Shown one piece after another: positions 37,180 through 50,108 of a DNA stretch of 64,000 bases (positions within the stretch are counted from its first letter, which is position 1; each line of letters starts with the position of its first letter). Under the pieces are notes generated by a model. That model made no database searches and was not told the DNA's origin. It worked only from the letters and a program-made list of their open reading frames with translations. Origin of the DNA: Octopus sinensis (lineage: Eukaryota); the NCBI RefSeq assembly GCF_006345805.1, contig NW_021833228.1, forward strand, positions 62,001-126,000, given 5' to 3'. The position numbers and the translations under genes were made by a program.

Positions 37180-38261
37180 TAGAATTATAAAATAACAGAT
37201 GCAAAAAGTATCTGAACAGAAAACCTGACATGCTAGAAACACGTTTTCAAAATTTTAATACGAATTACCAAGGGAAAAAGTTGAAAATTTAAATCCGCCC
37301 CAACCAGAAATCTGACAAACTAGAAACAACAGCCAAACCGAGGATCAACTTTCTAAATATGACTTAACGGAAGAGAACTAATTCCCAAAGACCCTCAACC
37401 ATAACATGTTGGCTTATCTTAGTCATGAAACAGTAGTAGAGAAAACACTTTAATTTCAATTCTTGTCATAGCGTGGAGGGGGGTGTTTACTTTATTCATT
37501 TATTTTTTTGAAATATTGAAATTTTACGGAATTTTTTTTTTTTTTGCAGAATGATAATCTCTGTATTTTCTACATATTTCACCAAAAAGGAATTTTTGAA
37601 AAAGTGAAAATTTAAGAAATTGGGGGTGGGGAGAATTAAATTTTGAAATGCAGTTTTTGTTTGCAGATTCGGAATCTCCACACTTGATATAGTGGGCTCC
37701 TGTAAAAAACAACCCCCAAAAATATCCCAAAGGAGGTATGGTCCATTGTCTCATTTTTCTGATAATTATGAAGAAACAAAGTTGACACTTGCGAATTTTC
37801 ACTAAACCCCTCTCCCAACTTTTAGGGTACATGTATATAGGTAGTTGTATATAATGTACTATCAGGCATCTTTCAAGCTAGTACATAGCTTTTAAACAAC
37901 TGACCTAGAATTGGGTTTTAGAGAATTTGTTTCTGTTGATTTCTCCAGAGTCATATCCCAATCATGATCATATTCGTTGCAAAGAAAATCATGTAAAAAT
38001 AATTGCCAAAAACAATTGCAGTAATGAAAATATAGGAATCCAAAATTTCAGGATTGCAGGTCTAGATCTGTCCCAGGCTGTTTCAATTTACTCTCAGAGT
38101 TAGCCTTTAGATTATAGAAATTGCTATCATGCAAAACGATTTGTCACAAAATGTCACTTAAAAAAATCGCCAGCAAACAATCATAGTAATGAAAACTTAG
38201 GAATCTAGAATTTCAGGATTATGGGTCTGGATTTGGCCCACAATGTTTTTAATTTACTTAC

Positions 38262-38430
38262 GTAGTTGGCAGACGTGTTAGCACGCTGGCCGAAATGCTT
38301 AGCAGGATTTCGTCTGTCTTTACATTCTGAGTTCCAATTTTGCCAGGGTCAACTTTGCCTTTCATCCTTTTGGGGTCGATAAGTACTAGCCACTTGTTGG
38401 CATCAATCTACTCGACTGGCCCCCTCGTAG
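38262..38430 (+). mobile_element. Second tRNA-derived SINE family, degenerate
   Basis: tggcagacgtgttagc (A-box-like), ctgagttccaatt (B-box-like), tttgcctttcatccttttggggtcgataa core. Confidence 0.55.
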
Positions 38431-38615
38431 GAATGAGTCTAGAGAGTGGACAAAGGGAGGGAAGGAGGGCAACTAACTCCTCAATATAATTGTTGAAATA
38501 GGAATGTGTAAGGATAAGGTAGTCACGTTTGTATGTTAAGGTGGAGTCTGTACTTTTCTATGAACAGGTTTTCCTTGTTTAGGCATTCTTGTAAGGAAAT
38601 TTATTCAATCTCCAA

Positions 38616-41226
38616 ATCATCATCATTGTTTCACGTCCGCTTTCCATGCTGGCATGGGTTAGATGATTAGACTGAGGTTTTGCGAACCAGGTGGCTGCAC
38701 CAGGCTCCAATCTGATTTGGCAAAGTTTCTACAGCCGGATTGCCCTTCCTAACACCAACCACTCTGTGAGTGTAGTGGGTGCTTTTTACGTGCCACCGGC
38801 ATGGAAGCCAGGTTATTGCTCTGGCAACAATCACGCTTGGATGGTGCTCTTAGCGCTCCACTGGCACGGATGCCAGTCATGCAGTGCTGTCATCGAATTT
38901 CATTTTGATTTCGATTTCACTTGCCTCAACAGGTCTTCGCAAGCAGAGTTTAGTGTCCAATGAAGGGAAGGTATGCATAATAGGGCTGGTTACACCCCTG
39001 GCACAGGCCACAAGGTTATGGTCTCATTGGCTTGCCGAGTCTTCTCAAGCACAGCATATTTCCAGAGGTCCCGGTCACTAGTCATTGCTTCGGTGAGGCC
39101 CAATGTTTGAAGGTCATGCTTCACCACCTCATACCAGGTCTTCCTGGGTCTACCTTTTCCACAAGTTCCCTCAACTGCTAGGGTGTGGGACTTTTTCACA
39201 CAGCTATCCTCATCCATTCTTGCCACATGGCCATACCAGCGCAATCGTCCCTCTTGCACACGACATCTGATGCGTCTAAGGTCAAACTTTTCTCTCAAGG
39301 TACTTACAATCTGTCGAGTATGAACACAGACATTACACATCCACCGGAGCATACTGGCTTCATTTCTTGCGAGCTTACGCATATCCTCAGCAGTCACGGC
39401 CCATGTTTCACTACCATGTAGCATGGCTGTTTGTACACATGCGTCATACGGTCTGCCTTTTACTCTGAGCGAGAGGCCCTTTGTCACCAGCAGAGGTAAG
39501 AGCTCTCTGAACTTTGCCCAAGCTATTCTTACTCTAGCAGCTACACTTTCAGTGCACCCTCCTCCGCTACTGACTTGGTCACCTAGGTAATGAAAGCTAT
39601 CAACTACTTCTAGTTTTCCTCCCTGGAATGTGGCGGAAGTTGGTCTCTGAGCATTTTCAGTGTTTATTGCTCCTCAGCATTTGCCATATACAAAAACTAT
39701 CTTCCCAGTTAGCCTTCCTTTGATATTGCTGTACCTCTTGTGTGTCCATAGCTTACACTTGGTGCATCTTATAGAGTTTCTACCTACACCTTTTCTACAG
39801 ATTGAGCAGGGCCATCTACCTGAAGGCGTTTGTGATTTGTCTACCTTGCTACTTATTAGGACTTTGGTTTTAGCTAGGTTGACTCTAAGGCCCTTTGATT
39901 CTAATCCTTGCTTCCACACTTGAAACTTCTCCTCCAGTTCTGGTAGTGACTCAGCAATTAGAGCAAGGTCATCAGCATAGAGGAGCTCCCAGGGGCACCC
40001 TGTCTTGAATCCCTCCGTTATTGCCTGGAGAACTATGATAAATAGGAGGGGGCTGAGGACTGAACCTTGGTGAACCCTTACCTCTACTCTGAATTCTTCA
40101 GTGTACTCAATGCCAACCCTCACCTTACTGACAGCATCCCTGTACATGGCTTGCACGGCTCTCACTAACCATTCATCTATCCCTAGTTTCCTCATTGACC
40201 ACCGGATAAGGGATTGGGGGACCCTGTCGAAGGCTTTCTCCATGTCAACAAAAGCCTGGTACAGGGGCTTATCTTTGGCTAGGTATTTCTCCTGCAGCTG
40301 TCTTACCAGGAATATAGCATCAGTGATACTTTTCCCTGGCACGAACCCAAACTGCATCTCATCTAAACTAACTCTCTCTCTAATTAGTTGGGCTATGACC
40401 CTCTCCATAACCTTCATCACCTGATCCAACAGCTTGATACCTCTGTAATTATTTTTATCTAGGGCGTCACCTTTACCTTTGTAGCAGTTGACTATTATGC
40501 TGCTACACCATTGGGTATGACTCCTTTGTGTTTCACCTGGTGAACTATATGGGTGACTAGGCTATAACTGACACAACCAGATATTTTGAGCATCTCTGCA
40601 GTAATTCCTGATGGGCCTGGGGCTTTCCCTGTCTTCATACTTCTAATTGCCTTATCTACCAAGGTACTGTCAACTCGGATAGCTGGTCCCTCTGTTGGGT
40701 CGACATTCGGCAAACCCTCTTTCTCCCATTCATTTTCTTTATTGAGCAACCTTTCATAGTGACGTCTCCAAACCTCTCTCTTTGCATCCTCATTTAGCGC
40801 AAGTGAACCATCATCCATGCAAACACATTTCTTTCCTACCACATCACCATTCTCTCTCACACACACTGTCTGGTAACATGAAATACCTCAAGTCTTTGGT
40901 CCTCACGGCGCAGAACATTGGCAAATTTTTTCTTATCTGCTTCCCCTCTGGCTAAATACACCTGCCTCCTAGCTTCCCTTCTGGCAGTCTGATACAATTC
41001 CCTGGTACCACCGTTCTTCCAGTCCTTCCAAGCCTGTCTCTTTTGTCTAAAAGCCCTGTCTACAACATTGTTCCACCACCACATTATTTTGGGTCGAGAG
41101 GGGACTTTGCACCCTCCACATATCTGGTCAGTGGATCTCAGCAGGTTGTCCTGTAGAAACGTCCAGTTGTCTTCTACACTATGTGAAGCTATATCCCCTT
41201 TTATTTCATCAGAGGCTCTGAGTAAT
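38616..41226 (-). mobile_element. 5'-truncated RTE LINE
   Basis: (CAT)n at 38616; ORF 39674-40429 holds the RT core (QFGFVPGKS, EKAFDRVP, HQGSVLSPLLF, YADD) and the PHD-like finger. Confidence 0.93.
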
Positions 41227-41814
41227 CAATATCTATAAATCTGAAATGTGAAAAGTTTGTTTGTCTGATTTTGGCATTGGAACGGGTTAAAGGCCACTAG
41301 ATCCCATCGGATTCGCTCCAAAATTTACAGGGACATGTAAAAAGAGGCGAGGATGTGAGTGGGCTAGCTTAGAAATCCCTATCTTAAAAGCTGTGGTTAG
41401 TAGGGCAAAAAACGCTCGTTTTGACAAGTCTCCTCTCATTCTCTTATCTGCCTTTCTTCCTCCCCCTCTTTCTCTTTCCTCCCTTCCTTACAATTTCTCT
41501 CTATAACAGCATTTGACAGCTACTACTAACTTTCCCTGCCGCCTTCGCCAGCGCAGTCACTCTTTCCTCCACCGCCTCCCTCTCTCTCCCTACATCTGTC
41601 TGCATTCAAAGAGAGAATTATTATCGCCACCACCACCACCACCACGCAATCATGAGAACGAATATTATGAATCAGATATTTATTGGGTTAATTTATATAT
41701 GTGTGTGTTTCTGTATCTATATATAAATATGTATATATACAAAGTCTATATATCTGCATTTATATATATATATCAAATTTGTATATATATATCAAATTTG
41801 TATATATAATGCAT

Positions 41815-41845
<31 letters not shown>

Positions 41846-41856
41846 ATGCGTATATA

Positions 41857-41885
<29 letters not shown>

Positions 41886-41892
<7 letters not shown>

Positions 41893-42300
41893 GGGTGAAT
41901 ACTTGATAAGTGTAAGCACCTGTATATGCCAGCTAGTAGCAGAGGTGAGAGGACATATGTATCAAATGAAATAAAAAACAGAACACAAAGGATGTCGCGG
42001 TACACGTGTTTCAAGCTTTATAAAACAACTTATTCTTACATCAATGTATAATCGACATAACAGATGGTTTAAAGCTCTCTTCAGTCGCATGCAATTGCTA
42101 CTCCAAAGACTTGTATCACATTATGAAAGGTTTGAAAAAGAACATTTGGCATTATTTATAATGGTAGGTAAACTGAGTATCACTGGGAAATAGGTGTACA
42201 GGGTATTATTGGACTCCAAAAAATCGTCCATACCATTTTCTCACTCAATATGGAGTGAATACTGGGTAGATTCTGGTTGGGTTCATTCTTCTTGTAAGGG
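41886..42300 (-). mobile_element. Penelope-like pseudo-LTR fragment ending in (TA)n
   Basis: Homologous downstream of the hammerhead to 35412-35520; near-identical to 61715-62058. Confidence 0.7.
41997..42088 (-). ncRNA. Type I hammerhead ribozyme motif with long helix II
   Basis: Minus strand GCGA-CTGAAGA-GAGCTTT...AAAGCTT-GAAA-CACGTG-T-A-CCGC: palindromic ACACGTGT, GUA triplet, one A-C mismatch in helix I. Confidence 0.72.
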
Positions 42301-42424
42301 AAGGTTTGTGTATATCTGCATGTATGTGTAGGTATGTGCATATGTGTGTATATGCGCATATATATATGTGTGTGTATGTATGTATATATATATATATATA
42401 TATATCTTTATATATTATATATAT

Positions 42425-42858
42425 AAAAATGAGAATGTGTGTCTGTCTGTCTGTTTCCCTAAAACTTGAGAACTACACAACCAATTTCATTCAAATTTTA
42501 CACATGCCTTACTTAGGGTCCATGTAGTTTCATGGGCAAAACAAATGTTCAACTTCTTGCCTAGAGCGAGCCCATAGCAATATCATATCTTCTCCACTAT
42601 TTCAGTATTACGTGTTAAAAGTGAAACAAAAACATTTCTCTATTTTATGTCAGATACTTTCACTTTAACAATAAAAATAATAATAACAATTGAATATATG
42701 TAGTAAGTAATAATTAAAATCAAACTAAAGTAACATAACAAAATAAAATAGTAATTGGTAAAAATTGCATCAATGACTTGAACTTGAATAAGTGGTTTCA
42801 CATGAATGGGAATAAATTAAAAATAAAATTCGTGCAGAAATGGAATAGTCCAGATGGA
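42425..42858 (+). mobile_element. Helitron-like non-autonomous repeat
   Basis: ataaaaatgagaatgtgtgtctgtctgt start; homologous to 12108-12475. Confidence 0.55.
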
Positions 42859-42932
42859 TAATAAAAAATTAAATTTTAAAAAGTCTATTGTCTACAAAGT
42901 ATACAATGTAGAGAAAAAAGAAGATTTGAACA
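42859..42932 (+). pseudogene. Family D ORF1, left half of the interrupted target
   Basis: aagtctattgtctacaaagtatacaatgtagagaaaaaagaagatttgaaca matches the reverse complement of about 23210-23265. Confidence 0.75.
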
Positions 42933-44693
42933 GGTGGCTCCAAGTTATACGTGTTGTTATCTGTGATTAGACGTTGAAATTTTTGTTGTGTAAAGTGATT
43001 AATATCGCGCGAGGCGTTTGCCTCCACGTGTGGAAACCTTCCGAAGAAGTGAATTGACCCTCTAGTCATGGCGACTTACGCGGGGGTCACGGGAAAGAAA
43101 ATAATGATTCGTCAATAATCGTGAAGGATGTTTTCTTTGAGAAGAGTAAACTCAAAGAATATGAAAAGCTATTCAAAAGGGAGGGTGATAGCGTGAAGCT
43201 AATCCCCCCCGCGAAAGCAAAAGAGGACAAAGAAACAGACTGTAACATATAGAACCCAAGACAAAAATACAAAGAAACTGGCAAGAGTGGAGATAGCAGA
43301 AATCGAAAAATGTCTGGGAGACATAATGGGGAAATCGACCTACGTGAGTAGAGGCAAGAAATTTGGTACGGTGGAGGTGAGATGTGCAACGGAAGAAATT
43401 GCAGCCTCACTGGCTACCACTGTACTAAGAGCGGAAACATTTATAATGTGGCCCTCATACAAGGGAAGAAGAGGGGTCCGGGTTAAAATCCCGAATATAC
43501 CCCCAGAAGTGAAAACAGAATGGCTGGCAACAGCTATTCTAGGAGCAGCAGAAGAGGAAGTGGAGGTGGAATCCTTTAAGGAGTCCAACGCGGTAAACTG
43601 GAGAGGATATGGGGTAGAACTGTGTTTGATGGCCACAAAAGAGGACATTGAAAGGTTCCCCTACAGAATAGAAATTGAAGATGAGAAAACCCTCAGTGTA
43701 ATTGTAGAGGAAGAAAGCCAAACTGCTACTTGTGCGGGACAAGGGGCACATTAAAAAAAGTGCCCGTTATAACGAATTCGTAGCGGAGTGCGAGCAGGAA
43801 CTTGAAGAAAAGAAGAATACGGTAAATGAAAAAAAAACATAGAAAAGGAAACAAAACAACAAGAAAAGGAATAATAAGTCAATGAAGGAAAAGAAATAAA
43901 AGAAAAGAAGAAATAGAACCAAAACAGAGTCAGGAAAAAAAAAAGGAAAAAGAAACAACAGGAAAAAAACAAGAGAGAGATCAGAATCAAACGAAAAGAA
44001 AAGACGGCACACCAAAAAGAAAGAAAAGGAACATAAAACACGAGAGAAAGAGAGAACAGACAAATAACCAAAAAGACAAGAGAAGGAAGAAGAAAGAAAA
44101 GAAGGCAAAAAGAGAGAAAGAGAAACAAAGAGAGGAGAACAAGAAGAAATAAGCCCGAAAAGAAAAACGAGGGTAAACGTAGGACGGAAACAAGATCACG
44201 GCTTCTACAAGTTAGTAACCTTCCATTCTGCCCTGAAATGAAAGAATTGACATGTAATACGGAGGGACATAATGGGTCAACAGGATGACCGATCAGTGGC
44301 AGGAGACTGCTCTAATCCCCGAAGAAAGAGTCGCTGAGTTCCTCAGAGCTGCCGAGAGATGTAACGTTTTACACGAGTGTTCGAGTGAGAGAGCGGCTGC
44401 CTGAGGGCTCAGTGATTGACTTTAGAGAATTGAAAGCTATTATGGAATACGTATAGAATGTGAGAAGAGAGAGAAGAAAGAAAAAAAAAAAGAAAATATT
44501 GTGAAATATATGTGACGAAAATGTAACCTCTCGATCCGGGGATCGAGTGGGCATTTACATCTCATTGTAAATATTCTTTCATATGTCATTTTTTACTTTT
44601 ATTTTTTCCTTTTCTTGTCATTCGCTTTCTTATTTTAAGTTCCCCGACTGTACTGTCCCATCTATGTTCGCCCCTGTGGGTAGTAATAAAATT
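42933..44693 (+). mobile_element. Element A: ORF1-only L1/Tx1-lineage element (no APE/RT)
   Basis: ATG 43068 (MATYAGVTGK), RGKKFGTVEVR...IPNIPPEV, CCHC knuckle CYLCGTRGHIKKKC (43724-43763), K/E-rich tract. Shares only the terminal tgtcccatctatgttcgcccc.tgtgggta.taataaaa with B and C. Confidence 0.75.
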
Positions 44694-44918
44694 ACGTGGA
44701 GGAAATCAATTTTTTGCGTTTATTAGTAAGTTGATATATTTTTTGCTCTCGTACTATTATCTCTGTTATTATATACTGTTGGTCTACCTGTTTGTCTATT
44801 GTTTGTCTACTGACGAAGTCAGCCTTCGCGCGAAGACTTCGCGTTGGTGTTCCCCTCCGTGGGGGAAAACTACAATTAATTTGGATTTACCAAAGGCTTG
44901 TAAAGCCATTTGTTCAAG

Positions 44919-46263
44919 ATGGAGTCCCCCATCTCTTATTCGCCCGTGACGAGCGAGGATGAATACCCGGCGTTGTCGCCAAGAAAAAAAGAGGCGTTGT
45001 CGCCGAAGAAAAAGAGGCGGCGTCGCCCAAGAAAATGGAAAAACCAGTACCAGCATCAACTCCAGCGAAAAAATTCGCTGAAGTGGCTGGGAAAAAGATT
45101 AAAAAATAAATGTAGAAAATTTGGAAAAATTGCAGACTGTGTAAAAAAAGAGGGCACAGAAGTGACTGTGGCCACAAACATACAAAAACATGACGATATA
45201 GAAAAAAAAAGAATAATATATGAAACTTACGACACAACGACAAAATGATCCAAAAAATCGAAGAAAAAAAATAGAGTTTTGTCTAAAACCTTTAATGGAT
45301 AAAATAACGTATATAAACAGAGGAAAAAGATACGGCACAGTGGAGGTGCGTTTTACTACGGAGGAGATAGCGAAAAAACTATCGATGGAGCCGATCAAAG
45401 CAGAAAACATTGTCATACTACTACCATTGTATAAAGGAAAAAGGACGTCGAAAATTTCAATGAACAACATACCGCCAGAGGCAGATGCAGAATGTCTGGT
45501 GGCAGCAGTGATGGTAGGCCTGGAGGAAAAAATAAACATCCTCCAGGCCACAGTGGAGGAAGAGGATTTTGGAAGGGCAGAAAATAGTGATAGCCATTCA
45601 GGCGGAGGTGCAAACACTGGAGAAATTCCAGAAACGGTAAAGATTAGTGAAGACGAGAAATAACAGTTTTCGTGGAGGGCAGGAAGCCGAGGTGCTTCGG
45701 CTGCGGCAAGAAGGGTCATGTAAGGGCGGAATGCCAACCCCACCCAAACCGCAGGAAGCACCTAAGCCAAGAGAAAAAGAAGATAATGTGTCACCAGAAG
45801 CAGCGTCGACGGCCCAGAAGGGAAGACTGAAGGTGTGGAGGTGACGGTGACAGCAGAACCAGCGGCGGAGGAAAAAAAGAGCGAGGAAACGATAAATGAG
45901 GAGGGGTGGGCAAAAATTACCGGAAAAAAAAAAGAAAAACGGAAACCACCCCTCCCAGAGTAATTTTAAAAAAGAAAAGAGAGTCAATGAACTCGTATAT
46001 GGCCGTAAAGGCAGCAAATAGCAGACTCGGAAACGTGTTGGCAGCCATGGCCAAAGTGGAGAAAGTAGTGAAAAAAAACGACTTTGTAATTTACAGAATA
46101 GGCGGAAGGATTACGGGCGGATAAAGTCAGAATTCTTCCATGACGTAGGCCCACTTAGATTGGATGTGACATCTCCACATATATTCGAGGGCCTACGTCA
46201 GACTCCCCCACGAGGCCCAGAAAAAGAGTTAGAAAACAAGAGAAAACCGAACCACTGATATAA
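44919..46263 (+). pseudogene. ORF1 (SPxK repeats, RRM-like region, CCHC knuckle), frameshifted mostly in A-runs
   Basis: MESPISYSPVTSEDEYPALSPRKK..., INRGKRYGTVEVRF, NNIPPEAD, CFGCGKKGHVRAEC (45693-45734). Confidence 0.85.
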
Positions 46264-46271
46264 GGTAAGTA

Positions 46272-49200
46272 ATGGATTACATTTATGTTGGTTGTTTGAA
46301 TGTGCGCGGCCTGGGAGCAGGCTGGAAGCAAGGTCGCTTCCTGCATGATATCAGGTCGCGTAATTTAGATGTTATTGTTGCTACAGAACCCGGTTAGAGG
46401 GGCCAAGAGGTCTACTCCCGCTGTTTGACGGCTACGAGAGTTTTTTCTCTCCTGGCAGTCCTACAGGCGGGAGTGGGGTGTTGGTCCTATTAAAAGAAAC
46501 CGGGTTTCTGAGAAAAAGTTAATTTTTGCAGATCCAGAAGGTAGGCTGGTCGTCATGGATTTGACGTTCAGTAATGGTAAAGTTATCAGACTGGTTGCAA
46601 TTTACGCATCCAACCATACAGGGCAAACTGATTATTTTCGTGAACTAGAAAACTTTCTTGGTACTTCGCATTCATTAGTGGTGCTAGGAGACTTTAACAC
46701 AATTTGCAAAGCAGATGTAGATTGTGTTGGCTCGCGTCCAGATAGAAAAGGTAACATTGGCTTCCTGGAACTGCTAAGCCGCTTTGAGCTAGCAGATCCT
46801 TATAGGCTGGAATTTCCGAACGCTCCATTGTGGACATGGTCAAACAGCGACGGATCTTCCAGGTCATATTTAGATAGAATACTAATTAGAAAAGTAGACA
46901 GTAAAATAGCTAAGTGTCCACAGTTTTACCCGATCAGCTACAGTGATCATGAAATGGTCACTTGTAAGCTTGACATAGATAAGGTTAAAAATAAGGATCC
47001 GGTTACTGGAAACTTAATACGTCCCTTTTGGCGATTAAGGAGTACAAAGACCGGATTAGGGATATAATTCAGAGGGCACTATCTGGTACCATCATTAATA
47101 ACAAATGGTGGTACGCCCTCAAGCGAGCCATCAAGTTTGAGTCTATTAGATATAGCATAGGAGTAGTGGCTAGAGAGGCTAGAAGGGAAACTACTCTAGT
47201 TAAGGAATTAGAGGAAGCCTTGAAAACTGGCTCTGCGGCTCAGGTGCGTCCAAGAGACTGGTGTTAAACCAGCACCTCGAGGCCAAACACATGGGCTGCA
47301 TTGTCAGGGCTAGAATCCGCCATATGGGATGTGAAGGAATCAACGCCGTGAGATGGGCCCGAGTGGTGGAAGCTCAGCATGGTAACGATGCCACGATTCG
47401 ATCTTTGACGAACCAACAAGGTGAGTTGATAAACGAACCCGAGGAGATGTGTGAGGCCTTTCAGGAGCACTTCGCTCAGCTTTTCGGTGAGTGCGGCGGA
47501 CTGGATAGGAGGAGGGCCTTTACGGACCTACTCGACGGGCTGCCGCGCTTATCGGGGCGAGATGCGGAGGGCTGTGAAGGGCCAATCACGCCTGAGGAGG
47601 TGGTTGAGGCAATGGCGGACTGCGGCGCGGGCAAGGCGCCGGGTTTGGATGGTCTACCCTATGAGTTATATAAGAGTATGCCAGACTTGTTCGGGCACCT
47701 ACTGGCGGAGGTCTATGCGAACTGGCAGCAGAACGGGCTTATACCCAGATCTGTGCGCCGGGGAGTAGTGACTCTCGTCAGAAAGGACCCGAGCAAGGGA
47801 GTGCATTGATAATTTCAGGCCCATCACTCTGCTAAACACAGAGTTGAAGATTTTGGCCAAAGTGTTATCGAAAAGATTGGCGCGTGTCGCGGATGGTCTG
47901 ATCGGAGAGGCACAGACATGTGCCGTTCCGGGCAGATCCATTCAGGATAATCTCCATCTAATGCGGTACACTATAGAGGGGTTTAATAGTGATTCTGGCA
48001 AGGGTGGGGCACTGGTCCATTTAGACCAATCTAAAGCTTTTGATAGGGTCGACCATCGTTACCTGGTATCTGCCCTGGCACAGTTCGGGCTGAGCCTTGG
48101 CTTCCTCAGGTGGATTATCCAAATTTATGATAACATCGACTCGGTAGTTCGGGTGAACGGCTTCTTGTCGAAGCCGTTCAAAATCAAACGCTCGGTTCGT
48201 CAAGGGTGTCCGCTCTCCCCGCTTTTGTACGTGATGGCTCTTGAGCCATTACTGCGAAAACTGAGCGGCATCCCGAGACAGCCAGGTAATGGAAAATCAG
48301 TGTCAGCGTACGCGGATGACATCACCATCATCGTAACCGAAATGGACCACCTATGTAAAGTAGGCAAGGCCATAGAGGTTTACGAGACGGTGACAGGAGC
48401 AAAAGTTAATCGCGAAAAGTCAGTCGGCTTGCAACTCGGCACCTGGAGAGGCAAGTCGATGCCTCCTGACAGCGTCGTGGGACGTTGGACGGAGGGTCCG
48501 ATTAAACTGCTAGGGGTCTGGTTCGGTCCAGACCTCCAAATAGAGAAGAATTGGGGCGAGGTAACGAGCAAGGTGGCTGCAGTAGCCAAGACCTGGTCTT
48601 GGCGGTGGCTATCCCTGAAAGGGAGGGCGGAGTGGCCAATGTGTTTATCGCATCGGTTATCACCTACCGCCTTTCCGTCGTTCCTTGCCCTGATTCGTGG
48701 TTGATCAAGTTGGAAAGACAGCTCTTCTACTTCTTGTGGAAGGGCGGGAAACCACTTGTGAAACGCTCTACTTGCTGTCAACAACCGTTAAAGGGTGGGC
48801 TAGGGATGCCTTGGCTGATGATGCGCAGACATGCGCTGAGGTTAAGACATCTGTGGCTCTACCTGGATGGTGAACGGGTGTGGTCTTCGCTAGCAAAACT
48901 GATGTTTCCCAAGTTCACTAGTTTCGGTGGATGGGAAACCTGGCTGAATCGTAGATCGAAACTTGGTACTTGGTACACGGAGTGTCGCAAGGCTCTCCTG
49001 CTATTCCGTCGCTCGGGCAACGCCTGCGGTGGGGGTTCCACCACATTCTTCTATAGAGGGTTGGTAGAGGCGGAATGTGAAGATACCTTGGGGGAAACCC
49101 TAGGTCTCGACGATAATCAGCTGGCCAGTCTGTTCCGACGTACGTTCAAGCCGAGGACACTGGACAACTTCCAGAAGTCTCTGGCATGGCAATGCTACAG

Positions 49201-49652
49201 AGGAGCTCTACCTGTTTGGGATAAACTCGCAAGGCCAAGACAGTCCGATATGTCCAAGATGCGGGCGGGATAGGGAAACCGTCCCGCACGCTATTGTTCA
49301 TTGTCCGGACGTGTCTGAGGTGTGGGTTTATGCCGAACAGCTGTTGTCAGGTACACGAAGAGTACAGCTGTCGACTGAGTCGATTACAAAAATTGACCCA
49401 CCGGATTTCCTCGTGAATGAAGGTAAGTTTCGTTTTCTCGTTGTAGTAGCAATTGCGAAAGAGGTGATATGGAAGACGAGAATGAAAGGTTTACAGTCAG
49501 GCAAGTTCATCTCCGGCCCTGGTTTGATGAATTATTTCATCTTTCACCTGAAAAGGAAGATAGGGCTGGAGAGAATATGCCTGACTAGGAGAGTGTATGA
49601 AGAACGATGGAAGGATGTAGCACGAAAGTTGCGAGTGAAAGATACAACATAA
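46272..49652 (+). pseudogene. ORF2 APE-RT-zinc finger, frameshifted
   Basis: MDYIYVGCLNVRGL, LGDFN, SYLDRIL, SDHEMV, GKAPGLDGLP, DQSKAFDRVDH, SVRQGCPLSPLLY, YADD, CPRCGRDRETVPHAIVHC. Confidence 0.92.
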
Positions 49653-50108
49653 ATGTAATACCAAGCGCAACCAAAAGTATCAGTGGGGAGGCGGGGCTCG
49701 TGGGGTCCGAGCTAAACCCGCACCCACTCCACCCGTAATGTCTTCCGGTCTGTCCCATCATTCGATTTCTGTCCATTTATTGTAATTCATGAAAATTTTT
49801 AATTCGATTTATTGTAAAAACCCATTCGTGTGTCTGACCCCATCATCAGATTGTATTGTCCCATCTATGTTCGCCCCTTGTGGGTAATAATAAAACAACA
49901 TGGAGGAAATAATTTTTTGCGTCTGTTAGTAAGTTATATATTTTGCTCTCATAGTATTATCTCTGTTTTTCTATATTGTCTGTATACCTGTTTGTTTACT
50001 GCTGTTGTTTAACTGAAGAAAGTCACTTCGCGTTGGTGTTCCCCCCCCCGTGGGGGAAAACTACAATTATTTTGGAATCTCCAAGGCTTGTTAAAGCCAT
50101 TTTTTAAG

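Larger units (their letters stand above)
44694..49897 (+). mobile_element. Element B: full-length (5.2 kb) L1/Tx1-clade LINE
   Basis: 5' UTR, ORF1 and ORF2, 3' UTR with aataaa; head-to-tail with A and C. Confidence 0.92.

Noticed and set aside
43751-44199. F/L/S-rich minus-strand ORFs as membrane proteins (also 34773-35297)
   Set aside because: They arise from the antisense of an A-rich K/E-coding tract and from a T-rich UTR, respectively.
44685-44720. Resemblance of the inter-element junction to U5 snRNA / an Sm site (aatttttttg)
   Set aside because: Only short scattered matches with no U5 loop I; the 12-mer is explained by the family D ORF1 target.
44808-44845. CTGACGA plus hairpin in the element B 5' UTR as a hammerhead
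   Set aside because: No GAAA box after the stem and not conserved in element C.
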